A stretch of DNA of 64,000 bases from Ylistrum balloti (Eukaryota). Of this stretch, positions 14,791-28,639 are shown in pieces. The notes beneath the pieces are model-generated. The model saw only the letters and a list, made by a program, of their open reading frames with translations, did no database searches and was not told the DNA's origin. A program made the position numbers and the translations under genes. Position 1 is the stretch's first letter. Each line of letters starts with the position of its first letter. Location: positions 868,001 to 932,000 of the forward strand of contig NW_026781901.1 of the NCBI RefSeq assembly GCF_031769215.1, given 5' to 3'.

Positions 14791-17700
14791 TAGATGCTAT
14801 AACGGAAGTCAAGTTTTCCTGTATGTGTGTCTTAGGAAGCCTGTTGGCAATTGGACAAAAACCAATATTCAAAACCACGTGACACTGTTAATGTTTCCGT
14901 CGAAAATTAATTCATTTACTTATTACCGGCATTTCACAAACGCTATTTTCCTGATATTGCAAGAGATTACATTTTATTTCATGTTTGAAAAATAAGGCCA
15001 TTCGGAAGTCCAAAGTGTCTCGTCCCTCCCTCTAAATCTTCAATTTTCATCCCCACTTAAGTTTTATGGTGCAATGCGAATCAATTTATACCATCACGTA
15101 ATTCCGTGTCATAATTAATGGGTCTGTTAATGAATTAATTAAATTACAGGGGGCGGTTACTAGGTGTAATAGTGGGTGTGTATATACTTATATCCGCCTT
15201 CTAAAGCTGCTCATTTTGATTATAACATTTAAAAACAGTCTGGCTTTTTTAGATCGTTCCGAGAAACATATCAATGAGAAAAACAGCTTGTGAAGTACGC
15301 ATCAAAATTAGATTTAAACATCATCTTGTAACGACGGCAAAAAAAACCGGACCTCCATGAAGGTTGTGTCAAAAACGTAAACTGCTCAGCGAACAAAACA
15401 CAATCAGGTATTTGCAGAAACGCGCTGTGGTAGGGAATCTCCCGCAGTTTGGAGATTTTCTTCTCTACTTTTCAATGTGCATACACACACGTTATGAACC
15501 AAGCATATCTACATATCAGTCCATCAAATCTAATACAGTCTCGAAATAAAAAGAGGGAGAAAAACCAAACCATGAATTCTTTTTCTTTGAAATCCGTATA
15601 CAAGTCATAAAAAACGTTTCAGAAGATAAAGTCACAACAATGATCTTATAATTGGTGATATATTTACATATATATATATATGGAAAATCATCACTTACCA
15701 AGAATTAATTAATATGATGTCTCGTACTCAAAACTAGAGATATAGAGTTTGGATTACACAGCATGATCGCGCGAGAGACCACACTTGTCAACAGGCATGT
15801 AAATGACGTGTACATCTCTTTAAGCATACAAATCATATCTTCATTAGTTCACTTTTAACCATTTTTAACTTTGTCCGTCAACACACTAATTTCCTATTAA
15901 ACAAGTTGGGTGACATTAGAGCCAATTAGGAAAATTCATCCAAAGTCGCGATATTACGAAGTTTTATTATTATTATGTATGTATGTGTATGTAATTTATT
16001 TATTTATCTATTTATTTATATATTTATTTATTTGTTTATCTTTTCTTTGCATGGTCCGTGACGATATTTCATATTTGAAATTAGAAAGCAAGCGAAATAC
16101 AACCAACTTGGCTGGTAAAGGGATCTCGCATTCATGAAAAAATCGTCAGCAAATCCGAAACAAACCAAACATTCAATACCATATACATTTCTTAAATCAT
16201 ATACAATCATATAACTTTTGTTATTTATCAATCATTTCCATGTGACATTCATATTGGCAATAAATGCCAACAAAAAACCATTAAAATGATGTTTATTATT
16301 TCACAAATATCTTCATTTTAAAGAAAAGTTAGGCTATTGAAATTGAGCGTTTTTGACAATAATGTCATGAAATGACGAAGACACGGCATTGAAAGTATAG
16401 AAAGTGAGTACAAGTATCATGAGGAGTAACGACACCAAGTTGAGGTTTTGTCCCCGTACAAAATATTATCCATTCATTAGATATACCGTCACACTTGAGA
16501 TTTGAAATTACAGTAAAGGAATAATGAAGATTTACTGTTAAGTCTCCAGAGTCTACATCATTACACTTGTAAAATGAAATTAGGACGTATTGAAATTAAG
16601 TTAGGCAAAGTTCGACAACATTTTCTAATATCTAAACCCATACTTGTCAGACGATAAATAACAGTTCTTCAAATGGCCTTCTGTCAATTTACTTTACTTT
16701 CTATCACGAAAGAAAATATAGCCATTGAACTGTCTTGGAATTTATAACCGATATAAATGATAGGGCACATCGAAACTGCCTGCCAAGATGTACTTCTAGT
16801 ACTAACTTAAAATTCCGTATCAAAACAGTTAATAAATAAATATATTGTAAGATACGGATGAAGTTCCCTCTCGTCGTAACGGGTTTTCTTTTTATATAAA
16901 CATTTTTGAACAGTTGTCGCAAAACTTTCGCCGATGTTGGCTGCGGAGTCAGCGACAACCGTTGAAAATAGACTAGCACTTCTTTAGAAGTTATAGCTGA
17001 AGCCACTTATGAACTCAAGTGACCTAGTGGTCTAACCACCAGACATTCTCCTCACCTTCCCAAATATATGACGTGCCATAAGCTATATTTCCTTTCCTAA
17101 CACTCCTCTATAATCCCTGTGGTATTCATGCTAAGCACATATACTTTCATCGTTACCTTTCACACTTGTGTGTTTCAAAACGATCTAAATCTACCTAACA
17201 CAACCATTGATGAGATTTTTTTCTGCTATCAGTTCTCCCAAAGGAACCTCTAGACTGACTTATGTTGGTTCATAAAAGCAATAAAAACCATCCGGCGTTT
17301 AACAGGGAAAAAATTCTGTAAACGGATAAAGTTATGATGAGGTCGCTTCATTGTCCACGGCCTCCGAGTTACGTCTGCATTGTCTAGGCTCCCGGCGACA
17401 ATCTCACTCAAGCATTACTGCGACCGGAACACGTCCAAGGCGAGGAATGTGTCATTTACAGCCATTTCTCACTTTCTTTGCATTTTCTAAACAATGCGAT
17501 ATGATACGTCTCGGTAATAGCACAGCCGGGCGGTATTTATGTGAGCAGACTACCATCTCATGAAAAATAATTCATTGAATAATTTCAACAGAATATATCC
17601 ATTATATATATGTATTATGTATTGGCATAGATCTGCGTTGGACATGAAAGACAGGACATCGATTTGAACAATTATTTCACTGTTTTAATCTGATTGCACT

Positions 17701-17959
17701 GGCAAAAATTATGAAAGGAGATAGTATTAGATAAATTGTAAATACAACTTATACGCGAAGATCATGTAAGGGTATATAGCATTCAGATAGAAAAAAACAA
17801 GACAAGAAAAAAAAGGCTGAGAAACGCAGACGGAAAGATACCCAAAGACAGATTTACACAGAAAAGATTAAAAATGGAGAAACAAAACGAAAAATGAAAA
17901 GTCGGTTAAATTTCATTTTAACAAAAGCAATTTCAAGTACCAATTTCTGTACGAGTTGC

Positions 17960-18870
17960 CTTAGGTCAAGACATATGTCACCCTAACCAGGGAAAGAGAG
18001 CGAGACACATCGCTGTAACGAGGGACACTGGGTCGGGTACACGTCGTTTCAACCAAGGAAATTAAGATAGCCGAGCACGTGTTGTCGTCACACACAGAAA
18101 TATTGCCGTAAAGAGAAAATGACTCAGATGCGTGTTTAGTTTAAGACCTGTCACCTTCACCAGAAAGAAATGTGTTATACACGTGTCACCTTAACCACAG
18201 ATAAAATGTAAGACACGTGTTGCCGTAACCGCAGAAAGCGAATACGCTGTGTCGACTGAAATACGAAAATAAAATAACTGGGGACGTGTTGCCTGAGTCT
18301 CGCAAAGCGAGACACATGTTGCTTTAACCACTGAAAGTACTTAAGAAACGTGTCGTCACAAAGAAGTGAGTTGGGCATGTGCAGAAAAAATCAAGACACG
18401 TGTCATCTTTCCAAGAAAATATAGGCTAGACACGTGTCAAAGTAACAAAAGAAAATATGGAAGACACGCATACTTTAATTTGTGAAAATAAACTGAAATA
18501 GACAGGTGTCGCTTTCATCTTGGGAAGTATATGAGACACAAGTCGCTTTGAAAAGATAAGTTGATCGAGGCAAATCTTGTTTTGTAAGGAAATATATTTA
18601 GGAATGCGTGTAGCTATTTTCTAATAATGTGAGTAAGACAGATTTGACTTTAACAAAAGATATTGATTTTTGCAGGTAGCCTCGAATGCAAATGTAAGAT
18701 TCATGTCTCCTAAATGAGAAAATGTTTCAGACACATGTCGCTCTAACAACATAACCTATTAAATATGTTGGCAAACCATGTGATAAAAAGGAGCGAATAC
18801 GACGCGTGTCGCCTTAACATGGGGAAATCATTTCCGGCATTCTAAAATGCAATAAAATCCTGAACGTGTT
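17960..18870. repeat. Highly degenerate repeat, period about 33 bp, built around (G/T)ACACGTGT(C/T)
   Basis: ACACGTGT occurs at about 18180, 18213, 18396 and 18429 (two 33-bp spacings). CACATG, CAGGTG and GACGTG variants fall at similar phase, each followed by GCCTTAACC/GCTTTAAC-like and A-rich segments. Confidence 0.6.
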
Positions 18871-19775
18871 GCTTTAAAACAAGAGAATGCACTCGTAACA
18901 TTTCACAGTGACAAGAACAAAAATATAATACGGAAACATTTTCTAGCAGCTTTAGGACGTTTCCCTCGAAGTGTCCTGGTCCGTGTCAATCTAACAGCCT
19001 ACCGGTGTGGACGTGTACCTTTAAACCTATCCCTGTAGCTGTGAGGATGGGAGTTGCACAGCCTGACGCCGAACATCGACTACAACACGGTGCAAATAGA
19101 AAACAGCATGCTATGATTAGCAACAGCAAATGTCAGATCTTCCTTCAATGACGAAGGAGTATACTCTATTGAACAAGAAAAAGATATTTTAAAACATTGT
19201 TTCCCATTTTTTCCCCTCTCCTGTTTTCTATATACACTTTACTGATGAAGATAAAGCATAATGTTTCTTTGATAATTCAAAATGTTTTGAACGAATTTGT
19301 TTCTCAATACTATTCAGTTATTGACATTTTAAAAGTGAAAGCTCACAGATATTTAGACCACCCATGATACACTATATATGTTCCCTGTGTATATATTCGC
19401 CGTCTGTTGTGTAGACTTAACTGATAACTCACAACGATCTTCTGTCGCAATATTATTGACATTTTGATATCGCCATGAGTCTAGTTTAACTATTTGACTT
19501 TGATGTACATTTTTAATTTTTTTCCTCTAATGGGTAGGAAATTCTATATATTTCTCCCTAATACACTATTAATATAATCACAACTGATAATGGGAAAGAG
19601 ACGAATATCGTGGCTATAAAAACAGGAATAATGATTTCATGTGTTCAGTTACACTGACGACGTAGCCACTAATAATAAAATGTCTACAGCTCCTCGCCAT
19701 CAAGATTTTGACATCTTTTTTCGATAATCATTGATTTTTCTCACTCGCCTCCTAGGCTTCAAACTTTAGGCCCTT

Positions 19776-19820
19776 CGCATCACTGACGAGTTGTGAAAGG
19801 GCGGAACAGCTGAATACCGC
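19776..19820 (+). ncRNA. Degenerate minimal type I hammerhead ribozyme (copy 1)
   Basis: GCATCA-CTGACGA-GTTGT GAA AGGGC-GGAA-C AGCT G-AA-TACCGC. CUGANGA is intact, GAAA is changed to GGAA, and U16.1 is lost. The upstream about 90 bp resembles that of copies 3 and 4. Confidence 0.6.
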
Positions 19821-21009
19821 AGTTCAATTCTTTATTTCGCGCATTTCTACATAATTCTTAAAATTTATTAATAGGTACCGTTCACTTGTGAGTTTTTCAT
19901 ATAATCTCTCTTTGGTGTTTACACACTATTCAGACTGAAGTGGATGCATCTCATGTTGCTATTAAAATACGAATTTTAAACATTTCAGATAGGAGAAGAA
20001 ATATGTGTATCGAAATTCTGAAGTAGTTCATTTATACCGTGAAATATGTATACCTCGCCTCCATTTTCAAACTGTATCATGACTCCGCGGTGCGCTCTAG
20101 TTACATCATGCATATCTTTTTAAAAAAAAACAGATTATGGTCCATATTGAATTTAATGTTTTTTCTGTTCTTCAAATTTTACTTTGTAACAAAGATAAAA
20201 CTTATTAATCGTCGCATTTTTTCGTTAATAATTCAAAGCAGCATCTGAATTCTCTTTGGTTCCGTCACAGGGAACATGAAACACACGTTACCCTTAAGTT
20301 TTAGACTGTCGACGTACTTGTAATGTTTCTTCGAGTGTGTTCTTCTCGTCCTTGCAGAATGGAATATAGCCACTTTAGTGCAAAGCATGCCAACCCCTTC
20401 AGTACATGTCTCTTTAACGAGCAGACAAACCTACCGCGAAGTCACTCGTTTATGTATCGGCCTCCGAAAATACACACCATCATCTTTGTAACGGGTCTAT
20501 CTGGGTGTATAACACTTTAGGAGGCGTAGTACGTACCTGACAGCTCAGAACCATAGTTTCAACATGATTACCTGAATTTTATTAATCAACATTTATAATA
20601 AACACGCGACTTTTTTGTAATAAACATTTGCAAGGTGGTTTCGGTTAAGAAGTGCACAAGTGTAAGGGAGAATCACACAGTGGAGCATTTAGAGGTTTAA
20701 TTAAATGTAACATAACGGTTTTACAAATGTGAGACATCATTTTCACCGCTGCACGTAGCACTATATTTCATACCCAATAAAAATAATGAAGTTGATGAAA
20801 ATAAATATACAATTTCATTAAAGTCAGAAATCATGTGTGGCATAATTATTTCAACCACAATGCCTCAAGTTCCCTTAGCGCAAACGTTTTATTATCTATT
20901 ACATTCAAACTAATGTTATCTCCATTCACTAAAGTCAAGCAGTATATTTCGTCATCAAATCGTCACATCTCAACAATATTGGATATTGAAAGACATGGTA
21001 TTTCATCGA

Positions 21010-21200
21010 TGAAAACATTTTATTTCACCAATGAAAGACTTACGATTTCATGAATGAAAGACATTATATTTCACCAACTAAATACATTACATTTCACAAA
21101 TGAAGTACATTATGTTTTACAGATGAAAGACATTATATTTCACATCGTATTTTACCATGTAAAGCATTGTATTTCACTAATGGAAGACATTAGATAAAAT
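21010..21200. repeat. Degenerate tandem repeat, about 23 bp (ACATTATATTTCACCAATGAAAG)
   Basis: About 7-8 imperfect units, with fainter traces continuing to about 21470. Confidence 0.6.
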
Positions 21201-21529
21201 TAATACAGGGTTTCATAAATACGGCGTGCGACACTAAAGATAGGGGTATTTGAGGACAACTTACTAGAATGGAAAATTGTAAGAAAAACGGATTTCACGA
21301 TGTAGAACATTCCATCTCACCAACCTAATACTTTGCATTACATCATGCATGTATGACTTTTTCTATTTCGCCCAAGAAGGACATTTTATTTCACCAATAA
21401 GACGTATACCACCGATGTAGAACCTGAGATTTCACTTATTCAATACATTCTATTTCACTTACGTAAACCACATTTCGCAGACGTGGAACTCATAAAAGAC
21501 TTTTTTCAATAGCCTTGAACAGCCGATCC

Positions 21530-22460
21530 TAAAAATCAAAACAATCCACATTCTACACCACCAGACTGCATTCCCAAATCATTGAACGCCTTCATTCTTT
21601 GGTTAATGGACTTTTACTTGCAAAGAAATAATGACGATAGTACAAAGAAGACATATTTAGATTGATTGAAAATCCGGTTAGCAATAACTTCACTGACTTT
21701 GGTGGAAAGATTTACCTACTAACTACTGGCAACCCCATGCGAACTCCGCCCATCTCCTGGCTGTCACGATATGTATTTTCCTACGAGGCCAGATTTGCCG
21801 TAAAAAAAATACCTATCAAATCAGTTTCGCAAGACTTCTTCAAGGTTTTGCTATTTCACATACATTGATGATATATTTTCTTTAAAGAACATGAAATATT
21901 GAACTCATCAACCTTCTTCAATAACTACTTTCCTCTATCGTTTACCTCCAACGCAACCAACGAGGACAGCCGCTTCCCCAACCTAGGATTCTACATACCG
22001 CTGTCGATTCGATGTTCAAAGGCTTGTTAATAATATCCAGATTTACGTCCTTGATGCAGACATTTAAGAGAAAATATATGTTTACACATAATTATTTATC
22101 TAAATTTATATACGAACAAAACCGAAACTCGAGATATGCATCAATATGTGGGTGGTCGATTGACCCAGTGGTAACGCTCTCGTCTTTCACCTAGCCGTCC
22201 GGGGTTCGATTCCCGGAATGGATGTGAAAAGGTGCGTTGTCACCTGCCGGATCAAATGAGTTTTCCCCAGGTATTCCGGTTTCCTCCCACAGTCCAACCC
22301 CTTCGCGCTTCCATCCGAGCCAACAAGGGTGATTAATATAAGCTTTAAATTGTTTTAGGAGTTGTTGTACAATAAATAAAGATTATTTATTTATGACTCC
22401 ATATAATGAGGAGTTTTTAGGGTCGCCATCATGATCTCATTGCAAATTTACGTCAACGAT
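21530..22460 (+). mobile_element. Decayed Penelope-like element (PLE) reverse transcriptase fragment, with frameshifts and stops, interrupted by a SINE
   Basis: Motifs appear in the expected order: KIKT.../FYTTRLHSQIIERL (like IKTFDFSTLYTTIPH), EDIFRLIENPVSNNFTDFGGKIYLLTTGNPMRT...SYEARF (like DIINMLEFLIDNIFVEFGG...GIPMGTNCAP...SYEAEF), FTYIDDIFSLKN with YIDD at 21861-21872, and MRSF*GRHHDLI at 22406-22441 (like LRKFYGRHHDLV). The comparison is with invertebrate PLE RT motifs recalled from memory, not a database search. Confidence 0.8.
22150..22393 (+). mobile_element. tRNA-derived SINE of the V-SINE superfamily (molluscan RUDI/BivaV-like)
   Basis: A box TGACCCAGTGG at 22161-22171 and B box GGTTCGATTCC at 22203-22213. 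V-domain-like GAGTTTTCCCCAGGTATTCCGGTTTCCTCCCACAGTCCAA at 22258-22297. AT-rich tail AATAAATAAAGATTATTTATTTAT. No clear target-site duplication. Confidence 0.85.
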
Positions 22461-22859
22461 ACGAAGTAAGTTGTTTTCGACGTTCATTAACGATGAATCT
22501 TCGGACGTTTACTCCTTCGGAACGCTTGGTTTCATTGTCCTTGTACTTACTCAAGGCCTTCATTTACACGTTTTTCTTTGTTTTGTGTTTGAATTATATT
22601 ATTATACGTTATAAATCCTACTGCAATATATGATATTTTATCATAGTACACAGATATAGCAATACCTTTCCAAATATTTCGAAAGATGCAGGTTGATGAT
22701 GGTGAAGCTCTACTGTCGCCATAATGATCATTGAGAAATATCCTATTGTCTTATACGGTATGTTGTTGGGCGTGTTTGGTGTTTGTTAGTGTACCTGTTG
22801 GTTTCGTTGTTGTTTACCGTGTTCTCGTTTGAGAACATTACATTACTTACTTGGATTGA

Positions 22860-22932
22860 CCACGATTTACATGGCGGACGTTGTCTATGAAGCGAGAAGA
22901 CGCTTACTCTTCCGGAACCTGGTCCATTTCGG
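22860..22932 (+). mobile_element. Segment resembling the conserved 3' region that follows RT in bivalve PLE-like elements
   Basis: ACATGGCGGACGTTGTCTATGAAGCGAGAAGACGCTTACTCTTCCGGAACCTGGTCC resembles the recalled ACGGCGGGTG...GCTTACCCTTCCGGAGCACCTG repeat. It lies about 400 bp downstream of GRHHDL on the same strand. Confidence 0.5.
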
Positions 22933-25532
22933 AAAATCAACCGCGATAAACCACTATACTATAATTAATTTTGTATGTGGATGGATTTTAAAGCGCAAAT
23001 AGCACGTTAATACCGAACAATACGTAAACAAAAGATCAACGGAAGAAAATCAGAAAACGCACATATTCACACATTAATTAGCAAAGTAATTTCAACAGAA
23101 TTTTACGTAATTAGAAATCGCGATCAGCATTGAAATGATATTAAACTATTTTTCTTATACACATGCATGTTATGTCAACAAACCTCAAAATTACCTTAGA
23201 TAAAAACTTAACTCAAATTTGTACAAAAAGTGATTTATCATATCCCTTCAACGTCTCTAAAATTATCATTTGTGGCGCTATATCAACTCAACTTAATATA
23301 CTAAATACATTATCCTAAATTTCATTCTTAAGGCCTCTTCAGCATGAATCTCATCCCCCTTGTTGTACAATACCATGATTGTAAGAAAAAAGACAGAAAT
23401 AACCCCGTCATGAACCATTCAAAATACTGTAAAATTTACATAAAGTTGTATCATCGTTTAATTCGGAGGTATTCTTAATTCACAAATTTATTATTATCGT
23501 GTCCAAGAATTAGTACATTGGTAAAAATGTATGAAAATATTTAACAACTGGTCATTCCGTTAGTACTAATATCCACGAAATCAAGTGACATATTTTTCTA
23601 ACAACTACGAAATTTGAGCCCCAAGAGAAAATCACTCCTTAGGCAAAGACAATATCATCAAAAATACCTAGGTAGAGGAACTGGCGAGCAGCTTCAGAGG
23701 CTGACAGAGTTACCGCCGCATGCACAGCAGTGGCACCAGCAAACAGCGTGGCTTCTGAATAGTGATTATCTCTCTTCTACCAAACTCATAGAACCATTTA
23801 CACGCCTACAGGAAGCGACCTGGCATTTAATAAAAACACGAGTTTGGTATTTATCTAGGGCGTTCTTTTTAAACTGTCGTTGTAAATTACATAGTATTTG
23901 TGTATTACCTTCTTGAGAAGGATTTAAAGGACGAATTCATAATATCAAAATATAAGATCTGAAGTATTCAATTTTTTTTTTTTTTTTTTGTAATTTTATA
24001 CAGGAAAAGTGGTCGACCCGTCAAACTCATAGCAATTTCAATTTGAAAGTTGTTAAAATGTTTTATATGAAAATACTTGGGACAACTTATCAAAAATAAA
24101 ACATCGTTAAGTTAAGACACCTTTAGTAGTAGTAGTCAAACCAGACATAATTTTACTTATTACGGATTAAAATACCCCTACTTATTCAAATCATTAGAAA
24201 AATTATTGAATCAAATGTCGTATGAACCGACTCACCTCCATGTTTTATTTCATATGTTTGAGATTTAGGACGTTTCAAATATTATACGTGAAGATACTAA
24301 TAATATAGTGGCCATAATCTACCTATCACGTGACATATGATGTGATGAACTTTTTACCATTCATGTTTTTCTGAAGATTTTAACTCTTTATACTCAGTCA
24401 TATGAATTTGTAATTCCAATGGCTGTCGATGCCTTGAAGCCAAATGAAAAATAGATTAAGTTTAACCAAGAGACGAATTGTATGGTGTAGAACTCTACTC
24501 TAAGGGATATTGACGTCACAGCCAGTTCGTGGAGGGCTGTCATTTTTGTGGGTTGATTTGTTTCCGACAAATATGAGAGGAGGATAATTGGAAATACTTT
24601 CATTCGAACTTAAGGACTAGTTGTAATATCTATGCCTGAGTGTCATGGAGTTATCTTACATGTATGCCTCTGCTGAGCTATTTACATATGGAGTCTGTTT
24701 CCATGGTGTTATCAGTAATTGGATAAGTTAAAAATTTTAAGACAGTTTCAGAATTAACCCATGATCCTGGGGCCAGATTTTAGAACACAATGAATATGAA
24801 ACACAAGAGTGAGAGGATGGTATCATAAATGCCTACCATGTTTACATGTTGCAGTGATTCGATATACAAGGATATCGCGATTTCTGTGAAAGATATCGAC
24901 AGCTGATTTATAAAATTACAACCCTCGATATTGAAAGGTGAAAAAGTCAAAGTATATTATTTACTTATCCTATATGAAGTTAAATATGTACGATACTTGT
25001 TAGTATGGCTTGTTGTTCACATTTGATATTGTAGCATCGCTTGCTTCAATTAACCAATATTTATTTACATGGCGGATTTTGGGGATGAAGTATTTTTGCC
25101 ATAGATACATCGGTTCTGAGTTTGAAGGGAAAAATTCGTAAAATGTATTTTCTTGTCTTTATTTCATTGCCATTGTGACGTCAGAAGCTGGTGTTGGTTT
25201 CTACAATCAGTATGGTCTTCATGTATGTAGGTAACGTTTGTATCATTTCCTCCATATAATGAGAATAGCATAGTCTTTTTGATATCATCAATTAGTGTTA
25301 ATGTATAGAACAGCATCCTGATATTACACATACGCCTGTTGTATTGGGAACAATATTCCTGCCTCTGTACGGATTCGTACACAGGCCTACTACATTGTGC
25401 CAATTCAACACTGGTAGTTGATATCAAAAACCAGTACTACAAAACAAACTACATAGAACAGTCAACACAGAATTAATCATGATAGTGTATAGGAATATCT
25501 AATTAAATAACTGTGTGCCTTTAAAAATAATA

Positions 25533-25786
25533 CTGTAAAGTCATGATTTTTCGAGGGACATTATTTTCATTGGTTTCGAGTATGCTCTTCATCCACGAAT
25601 TCATGTCCACGAACTGTTAGAAGAAGTACAAGTAGAATTATTGAGCTACATGTATACTTATCCAAAAAATCAAGGGTCCGCGAAATCGTTTGTTTGTTTT
25701 TTATGGGTTTTTTTTTTTTTTTTTTTTTGGGGGGGGGGGGTTAAAACAACGAAAAGTGAGCCCCATGGAAAAATATGATTTTATAG
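25533..25786. mobile_element. MITE (Tc1/mariner-like, TA target duplication)
   Basis: TA|CTGTAAAGTCATGATTTTTCGAGGG ... CCCCATGGAAAAATATGATTTTATAG|TA. Imperfect terminal inverted repeats of about 35 bp. The same family as 41604-41804, in opposite orientation. Confidence 0.7.
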
Positions 25787-27351
25787 TAATAAAATGAGAA
25801 ATATCAAACACTAACAGAACTGACCACCCAAGTAACTTTTAATAACACTTTTTAATGTATCATATCATTATTACTTGTTAGTGTACAGGTTAAATCTATA
25901 AACTAACTCCTACTGATGATATGTTGTCGTTGTCTTTTAGGAATATTTAGTGATATCAAAGTGTAAAACGTGGATATTCTGAAGACAAATTACTGAAATC
26001 TAAATCAGAAATCACAATTCTTAATACCACGTTTAAAGCAAAATTGTTGTGTTGTTAAAAAAAAACAAAAAAACAAAACAAAAACAAAAACAAACAAAAA
26101 ACAAAAGCGGAAGTCACAGATGCAAATCTATTGTATAAATGTAGCGAATTCGACAATTGTGGATACGGGATCATTTTAAAGAAAATAATTAATTATCCGC
26201 CACGAATAATGTTTTAAATTAGAATCCAGTACCGAGTTTATTAGAACAATCCCTCGAGGACAAAACGTTAATAAAAATCTAGATATTTCGGCATTACCTT
26301 TATTAGAACTGATGTCATTAAGTCTTTTAGATATTTTCAAAAAAAATAAAATCCACGGAGCAGTTAACAGGAAATTCAAACAATGTGCTTTGGTATTGTA
26401 TACAATTTGTTTCCCCTTTAAAAGAAATTGATATATCCGACCGTCAAACATTGATATGTCATATTAATTAATGGGAACCTATATACGAGAAAACGCAAAA
26501 ATTAAATTCATAATGTAAATCATGAATAAACGTTTGCATCATTTAGAATTAGTTTACAAAACCTAAACTCATAATTTAATCTTCTGTGAAACAAACATTT
26601 AATTTATTGGTAATATTTTATCATGTTATCGGCATAACATACTAAAATCGACGTCACTTTGTAACGTCACGTTTGATTAACCAATGCCACGATGAAAGAA
26701 ATTATCAAAGTAAATAGTATATTATAAATATCAAAAGTATTATAATGTGTGATTTATCATAGGGATTGTCTTATCTTTTATATGTCATTGATCCATAACA
26801 CGGAAATCGGAGTATTGCTTTATTAAGAGTACATCTTGTTTTTTAAGGCTCAATAACCCAAAAAATAATTTAACTTAATCCTTAAATGATATCATTACAT
26901 TAGATAAGGAAATGGATATACATATGAATAATTGTCAGAAATCATCATAATGTATATCCGTTGGCATTATCATTATGTGAGGCACCTTCATGTCCGACAG
27001 CTGCATTTCATGTCCTGAATATCTTAATCATCAGAAGCCATGTTCAGATCTGTGCATAATGCAGTCTGACATTATCCACTAAATCAAAAAGTTTCTTCAC
27101 ATTAATATTGTATGGCGCCTTTAAACGACAAAATTGTTTCATAGTTATCTTTTTAAGTGGAAAACATCAATGAATGTTTTTTAATATCGGTATGACTTGA
27201 TGGCTTCGTATTATTGTATATGTAGCCAGGTACATAGCGTCGTATCAAATATATATCCATGTCAGGTATGCACAGAAGACGTACAACTGAGTGGTAGGTT
27301 TCAATACAGATATAGAATAGGATAAAGTAGAGCCTATTATTTAAGTAAACT

Positions 27352-27395
27352 GTATCATACAGCTGTTTCGTCCTTCTATGATCCGCCAGAATTGT
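27352..27395 (-). ncRNA. Degenerate minimal type I hammerhead ribozyme (copy 2)
   Basis: The reverse complement reads ACAATT-CTGGCGG-ATCAT AGA AGGAC-GAAA-C AGCT GT-A-TGATAC-AGTTTA. The 3' half is intact with a palindromic ACAGCTGT stem III. The CUGANGA box and the 5' arms are mutated. Confidence 0.65.
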
Positions 27396-28639
27396 AAAGG
27401 AGTAAAGTGTTGTCTGGACAAGAAATGTGATGATATATGGTTTTAACGTACAAAATAAAACATATAATATTATCAGGAGACACCGGCATAATAATTTTAT
27501 AGGTTTATCTAATCAATATTATCAATGAATGACAGTATGGGTGAAGTCACAACCATTTTTCCGCATTTCAAAGTTCGAGGGAATTTTCTTGGTTAGAGTT
27601 ACTTCCCCTCTTGGAGTGCAATCACCGTTTCTGGCTAACAAGTTTAATATCTAAGAAGGAAAACGAAAACGTTCAACCTTGAAATTCTGTTGCTTTGCAT
27701 TTCCATATTCTTTGTTTACTTTTTTGGCTTCATATGCCATCAAAGTTGTAGCAAAGCAAATAAACACATGTAAATATATAGGTAAAACCTTATATTTGTA
27801 GAAGTGTTGTTAATTGTGATTCTTATTCTAATCACTCTTACCAATCATTTCCATTACTCCGTTCATATACTAGATATTAGATACAGATTCCCGATGTCAA
27901 ATAAAGAAATTGTTTTTTATTCTGTTGTCGTCCTACAATTTGTAGGGCTGACCAAAATATCCCGATCATAACAAAAAAAGTAAGTAGTTTAGTAAACAGT
28001 TTAAGAATCATATCGATCTACTACAAATTAAACATGGCGGATCTACTTTGTACCTAACGTTAATGCCGCGTGATACATTTTTCGGTGTGTAAACGATATC
28101 TCATTACAAGATAAGAAGATACCTTAGCACGACAGTGAAGGAAATTTATCCATTCTGTCACCACATTTATTTCTTTACTTTGATGAACGGAAGCAGGCTT
28201 GTGCAGTCTATTGGCAAGCTATTGAAAGAAAACTCGACCTGTAGACTAAACACTAAACTACTCCAAAGATATTGTTTACACTCTGGTTCGGGAGTTGGAT
28301 GTTCTCCATTCTACAGTAAGAGGAGTATATACACATAGCGATTTATACAAATATTACAGGTTGTTGTAACACAAGTATTACAATGAGTTCGTGGATTTCA
28401 AACATTTCAAAATGTACAAAAGAGCAAATTTGATACATTTTGCAGTTCAAACACATAGAAAATGACTTGAGAAAGAAACTTATTGTTAACGTAACATTAT
28501 TTACACTATAATCACAGGTAACAGACAGCATTATCAGGTAAATACACCGGAGGTGATATTATTACAAATATCGGCCCTAATAATCACATTATACGTCACA
28601 GTAGACATAAAATATGGACTTTTAGAACACAATCATATG

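Noticed and set aside
20350-20470. Minus-strand INE*LRGRFVCS resembling a calcium-binding EGF start
   Set aside because: There is a stop at the first Cys position, no AG acceptor, and the remaining Cys spacing cannot be recovered.
22150-22215. tRNA gene
   Set aside because: A and B boxes are present, but there is no complete cloverleaf and the sequence continues into a V-SINE domain, so it is annotated as a SINE head.
25164-25440. 87-aa minus-strand ORF behind a TTTGTTTTGTAG acceptor as the next exon
   Set aside because: The open frame needs phase 0 while the upstream donor is phase 1, and there is no recognisable domain.
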